Made by a program: the position numbers and the translations under genes
Part shown: one piece after another, positions 57,575 to 64,000 of the stretch
Layout: every line of letters begins with the position of its first letter
Numbering within the stretch: position 1 is the first letter of the stretch
NCBI RefSeq assembly: GCF_000372725.1
Contig: NW_005201113.1
Span: forward strand, 252,763 to 316,762
Reading direction: 5' to 3'
Source of the DNA: Emiliania huxleyi CCMP1516
Taxonomy: Eukaryota
DNA: 64,000 nucleotides
Notes under the pieces: model-generated
Told to the model about the DNA's origin: nothing
Seen by the model: the letters and a program-made list of their open reading frames with translations, nothing else
Database searches by the model: none

Positions 57575-60500
57575 TGCGGCATGGTGCCCCGCTCGGACTG
57601 CACAATTGAGCAGTCGGGACCTGTGGCGATGCAAATGTCCAGGTCTCCGCAGTTTTGTGACAGGCGGCGGCGGCCACCACCACCAAAGGAGCCCGACAGT
57701 AACGTGCTGACGTCGATTTCAAGGTGCGGGCCCAGAGGTTGGCCCGCCCCGGTTCTCAAGTTGATTGTCGTGGACAGTAGGGTCACCCTCAGTTCTTGAA
57801 CGTCCACGCGTAGCTTCATCGGTGTGCCAGCGCACCGGCCATCGAACTGGCCTTCGACCGCGCAGAAGAAGTACTTCATGTTGGCCGCACTATCCAACAG
57901 CCCAGGCAGCGCATTCTGCAAGTCTAGCCGCATGGCCACGTCGCTGCGCTGCAGTGGGTGGTCCGCCGAGGAGCGCCCCGCGAATGTGACCTCGGGCATG
58001 TCCAGTGTCCCTGTGCCGATGTGCGCCCACGTTGCGCTCCCCGATGCGCGCATGGTGGCGGAGAAGCCGGTGGGGTTGAAGAACTGAAAAACCTCGTCGG
58101 CGTTCATGTGATTGCGCAAGACATTCATCCCTTCATTCACCAAATTATTGCAATGATGAGCCGCGAGCCGGCGGTCGGCACTCGCACGCATCGAGTCCAT
58201 GTGCGCCACCGACGCGTTTGCATCCACTTGCGGCTGTGGTGCCCACTCTTCCGTGTGCGAATCGTTGAGACGCCCAACCGATGCGCCAGGAGCGCGTAGC
58301 TCCGCCTCGAAATGCTCCCGTGGCTCAGTCACGTTCTCCCCGACTTCCGCCAGCCGACGGCCAGAGAAGACAACACACAAGGCTAGCCGCCATGCAAAAC
58401 CACGAGGAAAATTGTTGCGATCGCGCGCCGCCTCGCAAGGACATCTGAGAACGCCAGAGTAGGGATTGAAGCCGAGCCTCTCCAACCCTGTGCAAGCCTC
58501 ATGGATTATGCCGGCGAGTCTGTCACAGAGAACGCCGTTGACTACAGAGGACGCCGAGAACACCTGAGTCCGAAGGAGCCGACGGTCAGGGTTGCAGCGC
58601 AGCGATGGCGACCTCGGGTTGTGGGCCGTGCGCCCTGTGAAGGTTGTTGAAGAGCGTATTGACCATGTCGTCAATGTCGGTGCCGCACTTTCTCGTATGA
58701 AAGCTCTGCAGCGGCAGCAGCTCCTCGGCCTCCGCAAAGGGCCCCGGCTCTTGGGAGGCAACCGGGTCCGATTCCTGCACACGGCGCTGCTGCCGAGTGG
58801 CCCCCGCCGTCATGTCGGCGAGCGAGAAGGTTTCATCGATCGTGTCCGCATCGTTGACGAGCACGCCCACCATTTCGGCGGCTAGGCGGTACGCCAGGGA
58901 GAGGCGGAGCGTCGCGTCGGGATCGGCAAGCACGGGTAGCATGCGCGCGATGAGCTCTCCAGTCTCGTCGCCTAGACGGAGCTCGCAGTTGACGGAGACG
59001 TTGCCCCATCCGAACCCAGCCAGCAGCATCGGGGCAGAGAGTTCGCATGCAATGGCGTTCTGTTGGGCCAGCGTGAGGATTGTGGCATCCTCGCCCCACG
59101 TGCTTGGGTGGGGCGCTAGCGGATGCGACGAAGCGGCAGGAACGTGCGGATACGAAGCGACGAGCGACAGATCTGATACGGCCAACGCAAAGGCGGTGGG
59201 GTTGTGCAGCTGCGCCTCCACGGATACGGCCAGCGCACCCACGGATGCCGCTCGGTGCTCGATTGCCTGGGCACAACTCAATCCGCTGTCCGCCTGCACC
59301 TCGCTCAGCGTCTGGCTGCACAGCCGGACTGAGGTCAGCTGTCCGTCAGGCGTCGGGCGTGTCGACCTGGAGAGTAGCGTCTGGAAGGGCTCCGCCAGTA
59401 CCTCGACCTCGGCGTACGGGTGGCGCGCATAGCCAGTGCACGGGTCCTCGCCTTGCAGCCGGCGCCTACCCTCAAAATCAAAGGCTAGGAATTTCTTGGA
59501 GTCTGTTCTGTGTGCGGCGGACGGACTCGTCTACGCCTTGCGCGGACTCGCCTACCCTCGTCGATGAGCCGCGACGGCAAGAAGGAGGCGGACTCGAGCT
59601 GCTCGTGCGCGACGCTCACGCCGAGCTCATGGACTTGCACCGCGACGCGGTAGGCAATCGACAGCTCGACTGGCGAGTTGGGGCTGTTCTTCACAATCTG
59701 CAGCAGCGCGCCGGTGTCCGCTCCGACGCGAAAGTTGCACGAGAGCGCAGCGACGCCAAAGGCATGTGCTGGCAGCGTGAGCGGCGCGAGGAGCGTGCAG
59801 GCGGCTAGTTGCCCCGCCTGCACCATCTCGAGCGTCGTGACCTCCGAGGCCCATGCGCTGGGGTGTTGGGCCACCCCGTGTCGCGAAGTCTCGACCACGG
59901 CCACGAACAGTTCGGACACGCTGACGCCCAACGGGGAAGGATTATAGACCTGCCAGGAGGCGGCGCGCTAGGAGAAATGGGCGCGGGCGCGTCGTGGCGC
60001 GGCAGGCGGCTCACCTGAATGTCCACGTCCATCGGGATCGAGCCGTTGGCCGCACGCTCCTCGATGTGGGCGGCGCACGCCCTGCCGCTGTCGGCCTGGA
60101 TCGAAGCAAAAGGCGCACCGCCACACACCTGCACCGCACACGGTTTGCCCCCGAGCGCCCCCGCCTCCCTCGCGAGCTCCTCAAAATAGTTCGCACAGCC
60201 CTCTGGTCGGTCGTGCTCGTTCAGCTCACGCCGTGTGCCTTGGAGCGGCTGCCGGAAGAGCGAAAAGTCGGCCTCATTCGCCGTTATTGTCATCGAGCTG
60301 CTGAAAGGGAACGACATCAGGAATTCAACAGCGACAAAGTAGCTGACGCGAACGCTGATGCCGTCGGCCGTCATCAGTGCCTCAGACGGCGCATTGTGTG
60401 AAGCCAGCTCGCAGTACAAGGCTACCTCGCCCCAGCCGGGAGGGAGCGTGACTCCGCCACGAGCTAGCGAGCAGCCAACGAGTGCTCCCGCGCTGATGGT

Positions 60501-60866
60501 GGCGTCGGCGCTCGTGGCGGGGTCCATGTTGTCACTGTGCCCGACGAGCGTGACCGCGGAGTCGGTGCTGCTGACGCCGACGGAGAATATGGTTGGGTTG
60601 TGCACGCGGACGTCGATGAGCAGGCGAGTGGTCGTGCTGGCCGGGCTGCTGCTCTCTGGGCATTCATGGCCGCAGCGGCTCACGCCGCACACCTCAACCG
60701 ATTGTGGTCCAATCTGGCCGAGTGGCAAGATGGCGCCCACGAGGAGCACGATGAAGACGATACACAGCAGGAGGAGACAGCAGCAGCAGCACAGGCAAAG
60801 TGCACGGCAGCAGTGAGGCCCGCGTGTGCCACGGGAAGTGGATGGGGAGACCTTCGCGGCCGGCAT
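57346..60866 (-). CDS. Type II membrane protein with tandem LEA_2/WHy-like domains (multi-exon)
   Basis: Cys-rich juxtamembrane segment and TM (CLCCCCCLLLLCIVFIVLLVGAIL). Repeated (H/F)NPT motifs: VRVHNPTIFSVGV, AQLHNPTAFALAV, FFNPTGFSATM. Confidence 0.7.
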
Positions 60867-61109
60867 ACGCTAAAGTCGTTACGACGTGACTTCTTTTTCT
60901 CGCGCAAGGTGATTTTTTTACTTGACATCTCGGACAGGGTGGTGTGTCCCCGCCCTGACTCCGCCAAAACGCCCTACCTACTACATTTGCGGGCGCCGAC
61001 CGCCAGCCCCCCCCCCCCCCCCCCCCACCCACCCACCCTCCCTACCTATTGCGGGGCCCTCTGGGGCGGTCAAGATCGGACCTACCTACCTATTTGCGGG
61101 GCTCCGATG

Positions 61110-61188
61110 GTATGTATGTTCTATGTATGTAGAAAGATGAACAACAGTCAGGCTCGGACTGGACACCAACGCGGTATGGGTGGACGCG
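61110..61188 (-). repeat. Dispersed ~50-bp element copy 3 with (ACAT)n-like tail
   Basis: Reverse complement of the core at 1877. Confidence 0.85.
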
Positions 61189-61374
61189 GGACAGATGATG
61201 ACGACACGCACGAGCGACACACAGACACAAATCCGATGGGGCGCAGACCCCCTATCCGGGTTGGAGCCCGAAGGCCCCGAACCCTGTGAGCTGCCCCCCC
61301 CCGCCCGCCGTCGAGTAGCCATTCTAGACGCACGATTCGCCGCCCGTCGCCGCTGCCCCAGCTCCGCTCTGCAC

Positions 61375-62895
61375 ATGGGCTGCGCCTCGAGCGCAGAGAA
61401 AGTGGTCGTGCTGGACGACCTCGCGGCTGTGCGCACCGCATCTGGCCGCGCGCCGTGCGGCAAGTTTCTCTCGGCAGACGACTACAATCGCGCTTCAGCG
61501 TGCTGGACATTGCGTCAGGACTTTTCACTTGACACGTTTGCAGGACACCTCGAAAGAGTAGTGCGCCTGCAATCAATCTTTCGCGGATACGCCATCCGCA
61601 AGCGTGTGCGCATCGACCAAAATGTCTTCAAACTTCTCCGGCAGGCTGAAGCTTCATGGGCCGGGCCGCATGCCGCGGTGCGCCCGCCGGTCTGCCGGCC
61701 GGGCGACCTCGAGCGTGTGATCGGGCTCCGGCACAGGCATGCCAATGGCGAGGCGCTGCCGGGCATCTTCAACCCGTATGCCAAGGCAAGTGCGGGGCCT
61801 TGGGCCCGCGCGTCCTTCCACGTCCACACCAGCGACGGCGAGATCTTGCGCGCCGACAAGCCCACCGAGCAGATCCTCCGCGACTGCGCCGGATACAACC
61901 TGGTCGGCCTGGTCGCGAATGCGCACAACGCGGTCGTCGATGCAGATCTGGAGCAGCGCGGCGCCACCCTCGGCATGCATGTCCTCGCCGGCGCCGAATT
62001 GCTCTTCGAGTCCGGTCTTGGCCCGCACTTTGGCTTCTTCCCTCAACACCCCGAGCTAGCTATGGCCTACCACCCGACGATGGGCACGCCCATCGACCTT
62101 CCCAAGGCCGAGAGCTGCCCCAAAGAGCGGCTGTTTGCGGCGGAGCTGACGGGCGTCCACTTCCATGAGGTTGCAAACGGCTACGTCCGACTCGCCGCTC
62201 CCGAGCCGGTGGGCGGCTATTCGTGGCGGAGCGATGGACAGTGGGACGCGCTCCTCTCCTCCGGCTGCCTCGTGTGGGGCATGGGCAGCGGCGACTCGTA
62301 CCAGGGCATTCGCAGCGGCATTCTCGGGCATGACAACTTGGGTGAGTACGTGCAGACAGGCGTGGGACTCGCGTACAATGTGCTCTGCGTGGCGCCTGAC
62401 GCGAGCTTGGATACGATGTTGCATGCGGTGCGGAGCGGCTGCTTCTACTTTAGCACGGGGCCCACCATCGATCGCATTGAGGTGGAGGGCACTCGCATCA
62501 CCGTGGCCGCGGCGGGCGCGCACAAGATCGTCGCGACGACGGACGACGGCGCTTTTCTCACGCAGGAGTATGGCGCCTCTCTTAGCTTCGACCCGTGGGA
62601 TCTCCTTGCGCGCCGCGACGCCGGCACGCGCGACGCCACGTATGTGCGCGTGACGGTCTCGGAAGCCGTGTACGAGCCCCCAACGCAGGCCGGTGCCGTG
62701 CAGCGCTCGCGCATTGAGTTCGCGTGGACGCAGCCCTTCTGGCTGAGCCTCGACGGCTTCAGCCTCGCACGCGACCGGCGCAGGCACCTTCTCGACGCGG
62801 CAGCGCCCGGCCACGCGGCCAGCCTGCGCAAGAACTACAGAGACCGCTTCGACGAGACCTTCCGCGCGCGATTCGCGATGGTGGACTGCGCGTAA
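61375..62895 (+). CDS. PHP-family (CehA/McbA-like) metallohydrolase with MGCxxS acylation motif and IQ motif (intronless)
   Basis: NPY..W.RASFHVHTSDG, LAGAEL, HP, EVANG, WDALLSSG..VWG.GSGDSY, AVRSGCFYFSTGP, YVRV, AWTQPFW. LQSIFRGYAIRK is an IQ motif. The ORF is open from 61180. Confidence 0.8.
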   Translation: MGCASSAEKVVVLDDLAAVRTASGRAPCGKFLSADDYNRASACWTLRQDFSLDTFAGHLERVVRLQSIFRGYAIRKRVRIDQNVFKLLRQAEASWAGPHAAVRPPVCRPGDLERVIGLRHRHANGEALPGIFNPYAKASAGPWARASFHVHTSDGEILRADKPTEQILRDCAGYNLVGLVANAHNAVVDADLEQRGATLGMHVLAGAELLFESGLGPHFGFFPQHPELAMAYHPTMGTPIDLPKAESCPKERLFAAELTGVHFHEVANGYVRLAAPEPVGGYSWRSDGQWDALLSSGCLVWGMGSGDSYQGIRSGILGHDNLGEYVQTGVGLAYNVLCVAPDASLDTMLHAVRSGCFYFSTGPTIDRIEVEGTRITVAAAGAHKIVATTDDGAFLTQEYGASLSFDPWDLLARRDAGTRDATYVRVTVSEAVYEPPTQAGAVQRSRIEFAWTQPFWLSLDGFSLARDRRRHLLDAAAPGHAASLRKNYRDRFDETFRARFAMVDCA

Positions 62896-64000
62896 GATCG
62901 GCGGCTCGGCGCGCGCATCGGGTTCAGCGATTTAGGAACACGACCGACCCCTGGCCCTGCATGTGCTGGGATATCCCAAATTCCGGGTTTTTTTGAGAGC
63001 GCCTTCGTTGTTAAGGTGGCAGTCCGGGTTTTGCGAGACGGGTGTCGTCCCGCAAGATGGCATCACGCTCGCACCTGCCGACCGCCGCCACGGCGGCGAG
63101 ACGCCTTCTCCGCCACCGCGGCGCCGGCCACAGGCCAGCGCTAGGCAGCTGCCGGCCACACTGGGCCGGATTTGCCGGTAACCGTCGCCGCACACTCCTA
63201 CGTCCACGCCGCTGTGACGTCTGGCGACGAGGCGCCGGCCGCCAAGCTTCATCGCCAACGTGGTCGCTCGCTGGTCCTCTCGGCTCGGCCACGCGTCGGC
63301 CCAGCTCACACGAGCTCCAGACAGCCACCAGTCGCCACGCGCAAAGCGTACGGGTCGCCGGCTCCCTGTTGTGCTCTCACGCTGGCCGGCGTAAAACTGT
63401 GCTGGCAGTTGTCAAGCCGTACCCGTCGCGTTTCGAAAGGGAGCCCTCAATCGACGCGTCTACACGCACCTTGCCACCGCTCTCCACAACTGCTACCGTG
63501 GACATCAAGCTCCTCGACTCGATCTGCGGCTACGACGGCGCTCTAGCTGCTGGCTCTCGCGGGTGTCTGGCGACCCGCTCAGGCTTGCGAAACGGCCGGC
63601 CGCGGCGACGTGTTTCGAGCTCGCTGGCCTTCTCCGCGCGGCTGGGCCCGCCCCTAGTCGGGGCAGACCCGCCCAGTCACTGGGCAGCGCGTGCGCCGTC
63701 ATCCTGGACGACGGTGTGCCGATGCATCCGGGAGGCTCCGCGGGGCTGCTATAGCAGCCTCGGGAGGGTCGAAAATCGAAGCCGGAGCGGCGGACCACGG
63801 AAGCTCCACGGACGGTGAGGCGGGCTGTGGTTGGCCCCCCCTGACCGGGTGAGGGAGTGGCGCCCCGGGAGTGCCGCTCCGGCGACGTCTGTGGCCTCCA
63901 AGGTACCGTGACCGCGGTGCTCGCTCTCGCGGCCGTCTCACGACCCGCTCGAGACGAAAACTGGAGCGGACGGTGCGACGAACCGCGAGTGGGATGGTCT

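Noticed and set aside
63015..64000. Degenerate retrotransposon endonuclease remnant (…FEREP…VDIKLLD…)
   Set aside because: The resemblance is too weak and fragmented to call without a profile search.

Overview
GC-rich eukaryotic nuclear DNA with short introns that often use GC-AG (and apparently GA-AG) splice sites and are filled with simple repeats. This style is consistent with a haptophyte such as Emiliania/Gephyrocapsa huxleyi (inference). Two assembly gaps occur at 10284-10383 and 43447-43606. Recognisable genes: SRP14, tRNA-Leu(AAG), plastid-type ClpS, VPS35, an OPT-family transporter, a PhyH-type dioxygenase probably joined to a SET domain, a BspA-type LRR protein, Tudor/ankyrin/F-box ORFs, a multi-LEA_2 membrane protein and a bacterial-like PHP hydrolase. 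The 5-15 kb region is a cluster of TIR elements, several with clear TSDs, and 5'-truncated non-LTR ends are scattered through the window. Most notable observations: (1) a candidate single-pass receptor with signal peptide, LRRs, Pro-rich stalk, TM helix and a cytoplasmic R-S-E ADP-ribosyltransferase; (2) many introns bounded by direct duplications of exon sequence and sharing a CTCTTCAC...GTGAACAG 3' module, suggesting an intron-gain process; (3) a 10.6-kb segment between perfect 27-bp inverted repeats containing an F-box-fused Chapaev/Transib-like transposase fragment plus host genes. All family assignments are by eye from motifs; no database searches were run.
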